From Acidimicrobiales bacterium (GTDB lineage: Bacteria; Actinomycetota; Acidimicrobiia; Acidimicrobiales; Bog-793), in assembly GCA_050015475.1 (NCBI GenBank), contig JBEKBI010000011.1, forward strand, positions 8,135 through 72,134: 64,000 nt of DNA, in the 5' to 3' direction. Below the pieces are notes generated by a model that was given only the letters and a program-made list of their open reading frames with translations, made no database searches and was not told the origin of the DNA. Positions 6,788-17,219 of the stretch are shown one piece after another. The translations under genes and the position numbers were made by a program. Numbering within the stretch: the first letter of the stretch is position 1; the number at the start of each line of letters is the position of its first letter.

Positions 6788-9700
6788 TTGCCCAAGAAAA
6801 TCCGCGTCTACGAGCTTGCCCGTGAGCTGGGGCTGACCAACAAGGAAGCCCTGGATATTTGCATCGACCTCGGGATCGGCGTGAAGAGCCACTCGTCATC
6901 GATCGAAGACGCGCAAGCCGACCGCGCCAGGCGCAAGGCCGACCGCGAAGGTTTGCGGCGCGCGGTGCAGCCCGAAGAGCCCGCATCTCAGTCCTCCCCA
7001 GCCAAGAGCACGTCCGCCGCGACCAAGGCAACCGCCGGCGCCCAACGTGCCGCGAGCGCTCCCGTCGGGGAACCGCGTGTCGCCAAGGTCGATGCAGCCG
7101 CCGCGAAGGTCGCGAGCGAGGGACCATTGCCGGCCGAGAGCCAGGGTGCGCCCGCCACTCACGAGGGTCGCCCGGGTCACCGGCTTGTCGTGAGCAAGCA
7201 AGCGAGTGAGCTCACCGATGCGTCCCGGGTCGCCGCGCCTAGACCTCCCTCCCCGCACGCGAGCGCCGCCGCGAAACCCGCCGCCGCGGCCTCACCGAGG
7301 CCTGGTGGCACGGCCACTGCCCACCATTCGGTCACGGCTGCGGCTCCGGCCACGAGCCACGTCGCAACCTCATCGGCTCCTGCTGCGACCGCTGCGGCCG
7401 CTCCGGCTCCCCACACGGCCAAGCGCGAGACAACGGCGTCGAACTCCTCGGCGACCACTGCCGCGCCTGCGAAGGCAGACGGCGAGCGAACCGCGACGGG
7501 TAATCATCCGCTCGGCCCGTCCGGAAAGCCGATACCGCCGCCGCCCGGGCCTCCCCGCTCGCTGACGGGGCGTCCCATCCCACCGCCGCCTGGCACGCGG
7601 CGCCCCGTCTCGGCCGCTGGCTCGGGCTCCCGCCCGGGAGCCCCGAGCTCCCGTCCAGGCACGGGCGCGCCCCGTGCCGGAGCTGTGGGCTCCCGTCCAC
7701 CGACTGGCCGTCCTGTCGCGCCCCGGCCCGGAGGTGGAGCATCTTTCACCCGGGCTCCCGGCCACTTCACGCCTCGAGAAGGTGGGCGCCCCACCGGTGG
7801 GTCGTTCGGTGGCTCCGGAGGCGGGGCAGGCGGCGCGCGCAGCGGCGGCTACACCCCGGGCGGTCCGACGGGGGCCGCAAGGGGCGGTCCGGTCGGTCGT
7901 GGCCGTCCGCCACAACGTAGGCCGCGTCGCCGGCGTCGCAACATGGAGGAGCTCGAGCCGATTCAGATTGCGGCTTACCAGCCCTCGAGCGCGCCTGTGC
8001 CGGACCACGAGGTGATCGTGGAGCGGGGCTCTACGCCTCAGCAGCTCGGCCCTCGGCTCAATCGTTCCGCGGGCGACGTCGTGCGCTTCCTGTTGCTGCA
8101 AGGCGAGATGGTGACCGCGACGCAACCTCTGACCGACGACATGATCAGCCTGTTTGCCGCGGAGATCGGCGCCCAGGTGCGCCTTGTCGACCCAGGCGAG
8201 GAGCAGGAGGCCGCCCTGTTGGCGAAGTTCTTCGGCGACGAGACAGAGGGGGAAGAAGAGGACTTGAAGACGCGGCCTCCGGTCATAACTGTCATGGGCC
8301 ACGTCGACCACGGCAAGACGTTGCTGCTCGACCGGATCCGCCACACGAATGTGATCGGCGGCGAGGCGGGCGGAATCACCCAGCACATCGGCGCATACCA
8401 AGTCGAGTGGCGGGGCCAGCAGTTGACCTTCATCGACACCCCTGGCCACGAGGCTTTCACCGCCATGCGTGCCAGGGGGGCCAGTGTCACCGACATCGTC
8501 GTGCTGGTCGTTGCCGCCGACGACGGCGTGATGCCCCAGACCGTCGAGGCGATCAACCACGCCAAGGCCGCCGGGGTGCCGATCGTGACGGCGATCAACA
8601 AGATCGACCGGGCGGACGCGGACCCGAACCGCGTTCTCCAACAGCTTTCGGAGCATGGGCTCGTGCCCGAGTCATGGGGCGGGGACACGATCACCGTCGA
8701 GATGTCGGCTCTGCAGTCTGTCGGCATCGACGAGTTGCTCGAGCAGCTGGTCGTGCTCGCCGAGGTGCTCGAGCTGCGCGCCGACCTCGAGACAGACGCC
8801 AAGGGCGTCGTGCTCGAGTCCAACCTCGACATTGGTCGCGGGCCGGTGGCCACCGTCCTCGTTCAAAGCGGCGTGCTCCGGGTCGGGGAGCCGATTGTGG
8901 CCGGAGCCGCCTGGGGTCGCGTGAAGGCGTTGATAAACGACCAAGGCAAACCAATCAAAGAGGCCCTCCCGTCCATGCCCGTGCAGGTACTCGGCCTCTC
9001 CGAGCCGCCGGTTGTAGGTGACGAGCTCAGGGTGACCTCTGACCTCTCCGTGGCGAGGACGGTCGGCGACGCCCGCGAGCAACGGCTCCGCTTCACCACC
9101 CTCGCCCAGGCCTCGACGATGTCGACCAGCCCCGGGGCGAAGTTGGAAGACCTGTTCGAGAAGATCCGGAAAGGTGAGACGGCGACGCTCACACTCGTGC
9201 TCAAGGCCGACGTGCAGGGTTCGCTCGAAGCGGTCACCCAGAGTCTGCTCAAGCTCGAGCGCGAGGACGTGAAGGTGGCCTTCGTGCACCGGGCCGTCGG
9301 CGGCATCAGCGAGAGCGACGTGACCATTGCGGCTGCCTCGGGTGCGACGATCATCGGATTCAACGTCCGTCCTGACCGCAGGGCCCGCGAACTTGCCGAG
9401 ACCCACAAGGTCGAGATCCGCTCGTACGAGATCATCTACAAGCTCATCGAGGACGTGCAGGCGGCCATGGTGGGCATGCTCACGCCGGAGTTCGAGGAGA
9501 TCGTCACGGGCGACGCGGAGGTTCGGGCAATCTTCCGGGTCCCGAAGGTCGGCGCTGTCGCCGGCTGCTACGTCACCAACGGCGTCATCACGCGGGGTTC
9601 CAAGGTGCGGTTCCTAAGAGAGGGCGTGGTCATCTGGAAAGGTGCCGTGTCCTCGTTGCGCCGCTTCAAGGACGATGCCCGCGAAGTCCAGGCGGGATAC

Positions 9701-9790
9701 GAATGTGGCATCGGCCTCACCGACTTCCAGGACTTGAAGGAAGGCGACGTGATCGAGACCTACGACGAGCGGGAGATCCCCCGTACCTAG
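6788..9790 (+). CDS. infB: translation initiation factor IF-2
   Basis: The conserved N-terminal [32 protein letters not shown] begins right after in-frame TTG 6788 (GGAGAGGA 12 nt upstream). G-domain motifs [13 protein letters not shown] and NKID are present, with a Pro/Ala/Gly-rich linker. The track ORF extends upstream to 6119 with no stop. Confidence 0.95.
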   Translation: MPKKIRVYELARELGLTNKEALDICIDLGIGVKSHSSSIEDAQADRARRKADREGLRRAVQPEEPASQSSPAKSTSAATKATAGAQRAASAPVGEPRVAKVDAAAAKVASEGPLPAESQGAPATHEGRPGHRLVVSKQASELTDASRVAAPRPPSPHASAAAKPAAAASPRPGGTATAHHSVTAAAPATSHVATSSAPAATAAAAPAPHTAKRETTASNSSATTAAPAKADGERTATGNHPLGPSGKPIPPPPGPPRSLTGRPIPPPPGTRRPVSAAGSGSRPGAPSSRPGTGAPRAGAVGSRPPTGRPVAPRPGGGASFTRAPGHFTPREGGRPTGGSFGGSGGGAGGARSGGYTPGGPTGAARGGPVGRGRPPQRRPRRRRRNMEELEPIQIAAYQPSSAPVPDHEVIVERGSTPQQLGPRLNRSAGDVVRFLLLQGEMVTATQPLTDDMISLFAAEIGAQVRLVDPGEEQEAALLAKFFGDETEGEEEDLKTRPPVITVMGHVDHGKTLLLDRIRHTNVIGGEAGGITQHIGAYQVEWRGQQLTFIDTPGHEAFTAMRARGASVTDIVVLVVAADDGVMPQTVEAINHAKAAGVPIVTAINKIDRADADPNRVLQQLSEHGLVPESWGGDTITVEMSALQSVGIDELLEQLVVLAEVLELRADLETDAKGVVLESNLDIGRGPVATVLVQSGVLRVGEPIVAGAAWGRVKALINDQGKPIKEALPSMPVQVLGLSEPPVVGDELRVTSDLSVARTVGDAREQRLRFTTLAQASTMSTSPGAKLEDLFEKIRKGETATLTLVLKADVQGSLEAVTQSLLKLEREDVKVAFVHRAVGGISESDVTIAAASGATIIGFNVRPDRRARELAETHKVEIRSYEIIYKLIEDVQAAMVGMLTPEFEEIVTGDAEVRAIFRVPKVGAVAGCYVTNGVITRGSKVRFLREGVVIWKGAVSSLRRFKDDAREVQAGYECGIGLTDFQDLKEGDVIETYDEREIPRT

Positions 9791-9836
9791 GCAGCATGGT
9801 CGCCGCCCGGCAGCCGGATACCCGAGGATCGCGCGC

Positions 9837-10151
9837 GTGGACGCGGTCCTCACCCAGGTGCTCGGCGACGCCCTCGAGCGTTTGAGGGACAAGGACGATC
9901 GGCTTGCTCTGCTCACGATCACCGGCGTGCACACCGACCCGGACCTGCGCCATGCCACCGTCTACCTTGCCTCGCTGCCAGTCGGCGCCGCGCCGGCGCT
10001 CGAGGCACGGCGCCTCGAGCTCCAGGCGGCCATCGCCCATGAGGTGAGGCTGAAGCGAACGCCGACGCTCACCTTTCTCGCCGATCCGGCGATAGAAGCC
10101 GCCGAACGAGTGGAGGAGGCGTTGCGTCGTGCCCGACGCGACGAGTCCTGA
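9837..10151 (+). CDS. rbfA: ribosome-binding factor A
   Basis: LALLTITGVHTDPDLRHATVYLASL is typical of RbfA. GTG 9837 is the only canonical start, yet RbfA-like residues (YPRIARV) are encoded in frame just upstream of it. Confidence 0.85.
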   Translation: MDAVLTQVLGDALERLRDKDDRLALLTITGVHTDPDLRHATVYLASLPVGAAPALEARRLELQAAIAHEVRLKRTPTLTFLADPAIEAAERVEEALRRARRDES

Positions 10152-11106
10152 AGAGAGCGCGGGCGACAACAGACCTGCCAACCCGGGGATAAATGACCCC
10201 GGCGGTTTCGTGGTCGTCGACAAGCAGGCCGGTTGGACGTCCCACGACGTCGTAGCCCGGTGTCGTCGCCTACTCGGCACCCGCAAGGTGGGGCACGCGG
10301 GGACGCTTGATCCCGACGCCACCGGGGTCCTCATCGTGGGCATCGGGCGGGCGACTCGCCTGCTGCGCTTCGCCTCCGATCTCAAGAAGACCTACGTGGG
10401 AGAGATCGTGCTCGGAGTGTCGACTACGACGCTCGACGCCGCCGGACAGGTGACGGGCCTGTTCGATATGGAGGCAGTGACGCTCGAAGACCTCAGAGCT
10501 GCGGCGCTGTCACTCACGGGCCGGATCGAGCAGATACCGCCCATGGTCTCGGCTGTGAAGGTCGGCGGACGACGCTTGCACGAACTCGCCCGCGCCGGGA
10601 TAGAGGTGGAGCGGGCGCCCCGGCCTGTCGAGGTGTTCCGGTTCGAAGTCTTCGAGACGGGCGACCGCAATTGCTACCGGGTCCTGGTCGAGTGCTCGTC
10701 GGGCACCTATGTGAGGGTGCTCGCGGCCGACCTTGGAGCACGTCTCGGTGGGGGCGCTCATCTGCGCGCCTTGCGCCGGGTGGCGGTCGGGTCCTTCACA
10801 GACTCCGAGGCACTCAAGCTCGAGGAGGTCGCGCCCGAGCGGATGCGCCCGCCGGAGGAGCTCGTGCGGGACCTAGCGGGAGCGGTCGCCAGCCCCGAGC
10901 TGTCTGAGGCGCTCGGTCACGGCAGGGCCGTCGAGCGGGTCGCTCTCGGCGCAGTAGGCGACGGCCCTTGGTCGGTCGTAGACGAGGACGGCAAGCTCGT
11001 CGCCATTTGCGAACCCCTCGGTCGCGAGCGCATAAAGCCCATCGTCGTGATACAGCCAGCCAGCGGATCCAGCTCGAGTAGTGGCTCATTGGCGGGCGAC
11101 GAGTAG
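10129..11106 (+). CDS. truB: tRNA pseudouridine(55) synthase TruB
   Basis: VVDKQAGWTSHDVV and the catalytic GHAGTLDPDATGVL motif. It overlaps the rbfA end. Confidence 0.9.
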   Translation: MPDATSPEESAGDNRPANPGINDPGGFVVVDKQAGWTSHDVVARCRRLLGTRKVGHAGTLDPDATGVLIVGIGRATRLLRFASDLKKTYVGEIVLGVSTTTLDAAGQVTGLFDMEAVTLEDLRAAALSLTGRIEQIPPMVSAVKVGGRRLHELARAGIEVERAPRPVEVFRFEVFETGDRNCYRVLVECSSGTYVRVLAADLGARLGGGAHLRALRRVAVGSFTDSEALKLEEVAPERMRPPEELVRDLAGAVASPELSEALGHGRAVERVALGAVGDGPWSVVDEDGKLVAICEPLGRERIKPIVVIQPASGSSSSSGSLAGDE

Positions 11107-11118
11107 CCTCGCTCGACA

Positions 11119-11937
11119 GTGCGACGGGACAAAGGCAGCGCCGTGACGATCGGCGCTTACGACGGCGTTCACATCGGGCATTGCCGCCTCATTGAGCACC
11201 TGCGTCATCGCGCAGCCGACGCTGGGCTGCGAAGCGTTGTCGTGACTTTCGACAAGAACCCGGCCGCCGTCGTCAAGCCGGATTCGGCTCCGCCTTTGCT
11301 CACGGATCTCGAGCAGCGGCTCGAACTCTTGAAATCCACCGGCGTCGACGAAGTGCTCGTCCTCAGCTTCGACGCCGAGCGCGCCAAGGAACAAGCCGAG
11401 GACTTCGTGCAGGAAGTGCTCGTCGACGAGCTTCACGCCCGCGTGGTCGTCGTCGGCGATGACTTCCACTTCGGCAACAAGCGGCGGGGCAACGTCGCTT
11501 TGTTGCAGGAAATGGGGGACGCGGCCGGGTTCTCAGTGGAGCCGTTCCATCTCATCTCCGACGAATGGGCGGACGAGATCGTGTCGTCGACGCGGATTCG
11601 AGCCCTCATTGCCCGAGGCCGGCTTGGCGAGGCGGCGGTGCTGCTCGGAAGGCTCCACGAGGTGAGAGGCCTTGTGGTCGAAGCCGTGCCGGGGGAACAA
11701 GCCGCGCCGTCTCGACTCGTCGTCGAGGTGCCGGGCGAGATCCTGCTTCCGCCCGCAGGCGAGTACGTGGGCTTGGCCGCCATCGGCTTCGGCTCCGACA
11801 TTGAGGCCCGCATCGTTGTGCTCGAACGCGCCGGAAAAGGTCCGCAGCGCCTCGAGGTCACAGGTATAGAAGACGCCTTGTCTCCGACATGGTTCCTGGC
11901 CGACGCGGGCGAGATCGCCAGGGTGCGTTTCGGCTGA
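11119..11937 (+). CDS. ribF: FAD synthetase (FMN adenylyltransferase) RibF with divergent, short riboflavin-kinase-like C-terminus
   Basis: The N-terminal GAYDGVHIGH and SSTRIR motifs are intact. The C-terminal region of about 98 aa keeps LLGR..EV.G.VV but lacks the G-R-x-L-G-x-PTAN block. Confidence 0.85.
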   Translation: MRRDKGSAVTIGAYDGVHIGHCRLIEHLRHRAADAGLRSVVVTFDKNPAAVVKPDSAPPLLTDLEQRLELLKSTGVDEVLVLSFDAERAKEQAEDFVQEVLVDELHARVVVVGDDFHFGNKRRGNVALLQEMGDAAGFSVEPFHLISDEWADEIVSSTRIRALIARGRLGEAAVLLGRLHEVRGLVVEAVPGEQAAPSRLVVEVPGEILLPPAGEYVGLAAIGFGSDIEARIVVLERAGKGPQRLEVTGIEDALSPTWFLADAGEIARVRFG

Positions 11938-12030
11938 GGCAGGGATTCCCGGTTCCGAGCGCAAGATGACCTGTGCTCGCCAAGGGCATTTCGAGACTGA
12001 GCGGCGGCGACGCGCAACTAGAGTGGCTCC

Positions 12031-12558
12031 GTGGCGATTTTCCCGATCCGGGTTTTCGGTGACCCTGTGCTGCGCCAGCGTTCCGCCGAGATCGAGGAGA
12101 TCGACGGCAAGGTGGCCCGCCTCTCCGAGGAGATGGTCGAGACGCTTTACTCAGCCCATGGTGTGGGCCTCGCGGCTCCGCAGGTGGGAATAGAGCGCCG
12201 GATCTTCGTCTACGACGTCGGTGACGGCCCGAAGACGGTGATCAACCCGGTCATCGTCGAGTCGAGCGGGGAATGGGAGTACGTGGAGGGCTGCCTTTCG
12301 GTCCCAGACCTGAGCTGGCCGATCGTGCGCCCGATGCAGGTCCATATGGTCGGTCGTGATCTTGACGGGAACGAAGTATCGATCGAGGGTGACGAGCTGC
12401 TGGGTCGCGTCCTCCAACACGAGCTCGACCACCTCGACGGTGTCCTCCTGCTGCAGCGTCTCGACAAGGCACAGCGTAAGGAAGCCATGCGCATCCTGCG
12501 CGGCCGGGTCGTTCCCGACGTAGGCGGTGGGGCCGTCGGAGACAGCCTCGGCGCCTGA
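12031..12558 (+). CDS. def: peptide deformylase
   Basis: Motifs GVGLAAPQVG, EGCLSVP and HELDHLDG. Confidence 0.95.
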   Translation: MAIFPIRVFGDPVLRQRSAEIEEIDGKVARLSEEMVETLYSAHGVGLAAPQVGIERRIFVYDVGDGPKTVINPVIVESSGEWEYVEGCLSVPDLSWPIVRPMQVHMVGRDLDGNEVSIEGDELLGRVLQHELDHLDGVLLLQRLDKAQRKEAMRILRGRVVPDVGGGAVGDSLGA

Positions 12559-12585
12559 GCCGGATCTGTGGGGTCGCGGTCGGTG

Positions 12586-13482
12586 ATGAGGCTCGCGTAC
12601 CTCGGTACACCCCAAGTTGCGGTGGCGCCCTTGCGGGCTCTTTGCGCCGCGGGCCACGACGTGGCGCTTGTGGTGACCGCTCCTGACCGCCGCCGCGGTC
12701 GCGGAGGTGCGCTCGTGCCGACACCGGTCAAGAGCTGCGCACTGGAGCTCGGCCTCCCGGTGTCATCGGATGTCAGCGACGTGCTGGAAGCTGGCGTCGA
12801 GCTCGGTGTCGTGGTGGCCTTCGGCACGATCGTTCCCTCCGGAGTGCTTCGCGCTGTGCCGATGGTGAACCTGCATTTTTCCCTGCTGCCACGCTGGCGC
12901 GGCGCCGCCCCGGTGGAGCGCGCCATCCTCGCTGGCGACGCGACGACCGGTGTCTGCCTCATGGCGCTCGACGAAGGTCTCGACACCGGCCCTGTCTACG
13001 CGCGTGTCGAGACGGCGGTGCTGCCCGGCGAGACGGCGCGCGAACTGAGGGCCCGTCTCGGGGAGCTCGGGACGGGGCTGCTCATCGACCGCCTGTCGGA
13101 CGGACTCTGCAATCTGGGCGCACCGCTGCCCCAGGTGGGCGAGGCGGTGTACGCGGCCAAGATCGGGCGCGAGGAGCTGAAGCTCGATTGGAGCCGCCCG
13201 GCGATTGAGCTCGAGCGGCTCATCCGCGTCGGGCGCGCGTGGACGACTTTCAGGGGAAGGCGCCTTATCATCGAAAGCGCTCGCGTGGCCGTCTTTCTGG
13301 GGCGGGACGGTGAAGACGGCTCGCGCGACCTCGCGCCGGGATCCGTTGTCGGCGAGACGGTGGTCTGTGGGGACGGGCGCCTCGAGCTCCTCGAGGTTCG
13401 CCCAGAGGGCCGTTCGGCTCAGGGTTTCAGCGCCTGGCGGCGCGGCGCCAGGCCGGTGGAGGGCGAGTGTCTCGGTACTTAG
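12586..13482 (+). CDS. fmt: methionyl-tRNA formyltransferase
   Basis: MRLAYLGTPQVAV N-terminus and the HFSLLPRWRGAAPV motif. Start taken at ATG 12586 (the track uses 12568). Confidence 0.9.
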   Translation: MRLAYLGTPQVAVAPLRALCAAGHDVALVVTAPDRRRGRGGALVPTPVKSCALELGLPVSSDVSDVLEAGVELGVVVAFGTIVPSGVLRAVPMVNLHFSLLPRWRGAAPVERAILAGDATTGVCLMALDEGLDTGPVYARVETAVLPGETARELRARLGELGTGLLIDRLSDGLCNLGAPLPQVGEAVYAAKIGREELKLDWSRPAIELERLIRVGRAWTTFRGRRLIIESARVAVFLGRDGEDGSRDLAPGSVVGETVVCGDGRLELLEVRPEGRSAQGFSAWRRGARPVEGECLGT

Positions 13483-13577
13483 CGAAATCTCCTCACGGCG
13501 TTGGCTACGGTGGAACTGTGGTCGAGACCGCCGAACGCAGTTACGCGGCGGGGCTTCCGTTGCTGAAACACGGCGAG

Positions 13578-14243
13578 GTGACGGTGGCTCCCTCCATTCT
13601 CTCGGCTGACTTCGGCGAGTTGGCGGCCGAGATAGGGAGAGTTTCCGGCGTTTCCGACTGGCTGCACGTGGACGTGATGGACGGGCACTTCGTCCCCAAT
13701 CTCACCATCGGCCCACCTGCTGTGGCCTCGCTTAGACGACACACGGGGATGTTCCTGGACTGCCACTTGATGATGAGCAATCCGGGGGACTATCTCGAGG
13801 CCTTTCGCGACGCTGGCGCCGACTCCTGTTCCGTGCACGTGGAGGTGGGGGAGACCGAGGCGCTGTGTGCCGAGATGCGTCGCCTCGGATTGAAGGCGGG
13901 GCTCGTGGTGAACCCTGAGACGCCTTTCGAAGCGGCTGCGCCCTACCTCCCTTTGGTCGACCTCTTCCTCGTGATGACCGTTCACCCGGGTTTCGGCAGT
14001 CAGGCCTTCATCGCGGACGCCATGGTGAAGCTCTCCGAGGCGAAGGCCCTGGCAGAGACCAAGGGTCTTCATGTCACCCTCCAAGTGGACGGCGGCATCG
14101 ACGTGCGAACCGCCGCGGTGGCGGCCCGCTCCGGGGCGAGGTGCTTTGTCTCGGGTTCGGCGGTGTTCCATTCCCCCGAGCCGGCCGATTCCGTGCGGCG
14201 GATCCGAGCGGCAGCCGGCGCCGCGATCTCGGGAGAGCGGTGA
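13578..14243 (+). CDS. rpe: ribulose-phosphate 3-epimerase
   Basis: APSILSADF and HVDVMDGHFVPN motifs. Start is chosen at GTG 13578 just before the conserved N-terminus. Alternatives in frame are 13518, 13560 and 13584. Confidence 0.9.
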   Translation: MTVAPSILSADFGELAAEIGRVSGVSDWLHVDVMDGHFVPNLTIGPPAVASLRRHTGMFLDCHLMMSNPGDYLEAFRDAGADSCSVHVEVGETEALCAEMRRLGLKAGLVVNPETPFEAAAPYLPLVDLFLVMTVHPGFGSQAFIADAMVKLSEAKALAETKGLHVTLQVDGGIDVRTAAVAARSGARCFVSGSAVFHSPEPADSVRRIRAAAGAAISGER

Positions 14244-14251
14244 CTTCTGCG

Positions 14252-14734
14252 ATGGCCGACGGGCCCACAGGTTTGAGGGCCAAGGTCTGCACGATTTCCG
14301 ACGGTGTCGCGGCCGGAGAGCGCGAGGATCGGTCGGGGCCGGCTCTCGTCGCGCGTCTGGAGGCCGAGGGCTACGAGGTCGCAGAGCTGCGCGTCGTCTC
14401 CGACGGCGTCGAGCCGGTCGCCGAAGCACTCGCTGATCTGGCCGATGGATTCGCAGGACTGATCGTCACGACGGGCGGGACAGGTTTCGGGCCACGGGAT
14501 CTCACCCCGGAGGCGACCTTGCGCGTGGTCGACAGGCAAGCGCCGGGCCTGGCGGAGGCGATTCGGCTCGTCAACCCCCTTGGGCGGCTGTCACGGGCGG
14601 TCGCGGGCACGATGGCCGCTTCGCTCGTGATCAACGTGCCCGGCTCCCCCAAAGGCGCGGTCGAGTGCCTCGAGGCCGTCTTGGATGTGGTTCCCCACGC
14701 GCTGGCTCTCCTCCGGGGCGAGAAGGCCCATTGA
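14252..14734 (+). CDS. mogA: MogA/MoaB-family molybdenum cofactor biosynthesis protein
   Basis: KVCTISDGVAAGEREDRSG...IVTTGGTGFGPRDLTPEAT...INVPGSP matches the MogA/MoaB fold family. Start is ATG 14252. Confidence 0.85.
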   Translation: MADGPTGLRAKVCTISDGVAAGEREDRSGPALVARLEAEGYEVAELRVVSDGVEPVAEALADLADGFAGLIVTTGGTGFGPRDLTPEATLRVVDRQAPGLAEAIRLVNPLGRLSRAVAGTMAASLVINVPGSPKGAVECLEAVLDVVPHALALLRGEKAH

Positions 14735-14769
14735 GCTCGGAAACCGCGCGCGGCGCCGACCGGCGTCAT

Positions 14770-15783
14770 ATGGCGAGGGCCATCGAGCTTGCCCGAAGTG
14801 TGCGCACCTCGACGTCGCCGAACCCGTGGGTCGGTTGCGTCATCGTCGACAAAGAAGGTGAAGTGGTCGGCGAAGGGGCGACGGCGCCCTGGGGTGGGCC
14901 GCACGCGGAGATCGCCGCGCTGGCCGCGGCTCGGACACGCGCCCGGGGAGCCACGGCCTACGTCACCCTCGAGCCGTGTGCCCATCAAGGCCGCACGCCC
15001 CCTTGCACCGACGCGCTTGTCCGAGCGGGAGTGGCAAAGCTCGTCGCGGGGGTCGGCGACCCGGACCCGGCCGTGTCGGGCGCCGGGTTCGAGGCCCTCG
15101 CAGCGGCTGGTGTCGAAGTGGCGACGGGGGTACTCGCGGCCGCCGTCAGCGACCTGCTGCGCCCGTATCTCGTCCACCGGTCGACGGGCAGGCCGTATGT
15201 GGTCTTGAAACTGGCGGCGACCCTCGACGGTCGCACAGCCGCGCCGGACGGGTCGAGCCGATGGATCACCGGAGCGGAGGCTCGGCGCGACGCCCACCGG
15301 CTTCGCATCGAGAGCGATGCCGTGCTCGTCGGGGCCGGAACCGTGCGCACCGACGACCCGGAGCTCACCGCCCGCGACGATGGCACGCCCGGGCCTCGGC
15401 GTCAGCCGCTTCGTGTAGTGCTCGGCCGCGTGCCCGCCGATGCCCGTGTCAAGCCCGCGCTCGAACTGAGCGGAGACCTCGGCACCGTGCTCGACGAGCT
15501 TGGGCGGCGCGGCATCCTGCAGCTCTTGGTCGAAGGAGGCGCGCACGTAGCGCAGGCCTTCCATCGCGATGGACTGGTCGATCGTTACGTGCTCTATCTT
15601 GCGCCCGCCTTCCTCGGGGGCGACGACGGGCGACCGATTTTCGCCGGCGCCGGCGCTGCCACGATGGCGGATGCCTGGCGTGGTCGGCTCGTGTCGGTCT
15701 CCCGCCTCGGGAGCGACCTGCGCGTCGATCTCGAGCCGGAGCGGGATCGCCGAGTGGAGGCGGCGCCACGCCCCTTGAGATAA
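14770..15783 (+). CDS. ribD: bifunctional riboflavin biosynthesis deaminase/reductase RibD
   Basis: Deaminase motifs HAEIAAL and [14 protein letters not shown], followed by the reductase half ([11 protein letters not shown]). ATG 14770. An alternative TTG 14731 overlaps the mogA stop. Confidence 0.9.
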   Translation: MARAIELARSVRTSTSPNPWVGCVIVDKEGEVVGEGATAPWGGPHAEIAALAAARTRARGATAYVTLEPCAHQGRTPPCTDALVRAGVAKLVAGVGDPDPAVSGAGFEALAAAGVEVATGVLAAAVSDLLRPYLVHRSTGRPYVVLKLAATLDGRTAAPDGSSRWITGAEARRDAHRLRIESDAVLVGAGTVRTDDPELTARDDGTPGPRRQPLRVVLGRVPADARVKPALELSGDLGTVLDELGRRGILQLLVEGGAHVAQAFHRDGLVDRYVLYLAPAFLGGDDGRPIFAGAGAATMADAWRGRLVSVSRLGSDLRVDLEPERDRRVEAAPRPLR

Positions 15784-15865
15784 TGCCGCTGTACTGGGCG
15801 AACTAGTGGCTCCACTGGTCCAGGTAGGCTCGGTAGCGGAGAGGGAGACGGAGACCGACGTGGCG

Positions 15866-17152
15866 ATGGCAAGCATCGAAGAAGCGATCGCCGCGATTGG
15901 GCGAGGCGAGATGGTCGTCGTCGTCGACGACGAGGACCGCGAGAACGAGGGTGACCTCGTCATGGCGGCCGAGTTCGCGACGCCCGAGAAGGTCGCGTTC
16001 TTCCTCGCCCACACCTCGGGGTTGATATGTGTGCCGCTCACCCCTGAGCGCTTGGACGAGCTCCAGCTGCCGCTCATGGTCTCTCACAACACCGAGTCGC
16101 AGCGCACCGCCTTCACCGTCACCGTCGACTACCGGCACGGCACGACGACGGGAATCTCCGCCGGCGACAGGGCGCTCACGATCCGTTCTCTCATCAACCC
16201 CGAGACGATGCCCTCCGACCTGACCCGCCCCGGCCACGTGCTGCCGTTGCGGTATCGACCGGGCGGAGTGCTGAAGCGCGCCGGCCACACCGAGGCGACC
16301 GTCGACTTAGCCCGCATCGCTGGTTGTTACCCGGCGGGACTTTTGTGCGAGATCGTGACCGAGGACAAGCAGCGGATGGCACGCCGGCCCGAGCTCGAGA
16401 AGTTCGCAGCCGCCCACGGGCTTCTTATCGTCTCGATCGCGGATCTCGTCCGCTACCGGCTGCACGGGGAGAAGCTCGTTGAGCGGGTCGCCTCAGCCCG
16501 AATCCCGACCGACTACGGCGAGTTCATCGCTTACGGGTTCAAATCACTGCTCGATGACGAGGAGCATCTCGCGCTGGTTGCGGGCGACGTCACCGAGAAG
16601 GACTCCGTGCTCGTGAGGGTGCACAGCGAGTGCCTTACCGGCGACGTCTTCGGTTCGCTCCGTTGCGACTGCGGACCGCAGCTCGACGACGCCATGAGGC
16701 GAATCGGTGAAGAGGGCGCGGGAGTGGTCGTTTATCTCCGGGGCCACGAGGGCCGCGGGATAGGGCTCAACCACAAGCTGCGCGCCTATCACCTCCAGGA
16801 CAACGGCCGGGACACCGTCGACGCGAACGTCGAGCTCGGTCTCCCCGTCGACAGCCGCGAGTATGGGATCGGCGCCCAGATCCTTGTCGAACTCGGAGTG
16901 AAGCGGATGCGCCTCATGACGAACAACCCGGCAAAGTACGTCGGTCTCGAGGGATACGGGCTCGACATCGTGGAGCGCGTGCCGCTCGAGCCGGCGTCGA
17001 ACCCGGAGAATGTCAGGTATCTCCGCACCAAGCGGGAGCGGCTTGGCCACTTGCTCACCGACCCCGAATTGGCCGAGCCGGAAGACAATGAGACGGATGT
17101 GGTCGCGGTCGATGGCGGTCTGGACTCCAAGGGCGCCGACGGTGTGCGCTGA
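15866..17152 (+). CDS. ribBA: bifunctional DHBP synthase / GTP cyclohydrolase II
   Basis: [12 protein letters not shown] (RibB half) and [21 protein letters not shown] (RibA half). Start is ATG 15866. Confidence 0.95.
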   Translation: MASIEEAIAAIGRGEMVVVVDDEDRENEGDLVMAAEFATPEKVAFFLAHTSGLICVPLTPERLDELQLPLMVSHNTESQRTAFTVTVDYRHGTTTGISAGDRALTIRSLINPETMPSDLTRPGHVLPLRYRPGGVLKRAGHTEATVDLARIAGCYPAGLLCEIVTEDKQRMARRPELEKFAAAHGLLIVSIADLVRYRLHGEKLVERVASARIPTDYGEFIAYGFKSLLDDEEHLALVAGDVTEKDSVLVRVHSECLTGDVFGSLRCDCGPQLDDAMRRIGEEGAGVVVYLRGHEGRGIGLNHKLRAYHLQDNGRDTVDANVELGLPVDSREYGIGAQILVELGVKRMRLMTNNPAKYVGLEGYGLDIVERVPLEPASNPENVRYLRTKRERLGHLLTDPELAEPEDNETDVVAVDGGLDSKGADGVR

Positions 17153-17219
17153 CGAAACCGGCGGGGAAGGCTCAGGCTCGCAGCCGCGAGGTCGCGCCAC
17201 CGCGGGTGATTCGCACCGG

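Noticed and set aside
15784-15865. FMN (RFN) riboswitch between ribD and ribBA, or ahead of ribD.
   Set aside because: The gap is only 82 nt and lacks the conserved RFN sequence blocks. ribD is separated from mogA by only 35 nt, or overlaps it if the alternative TTG 14731 start is used, leaving no leader.
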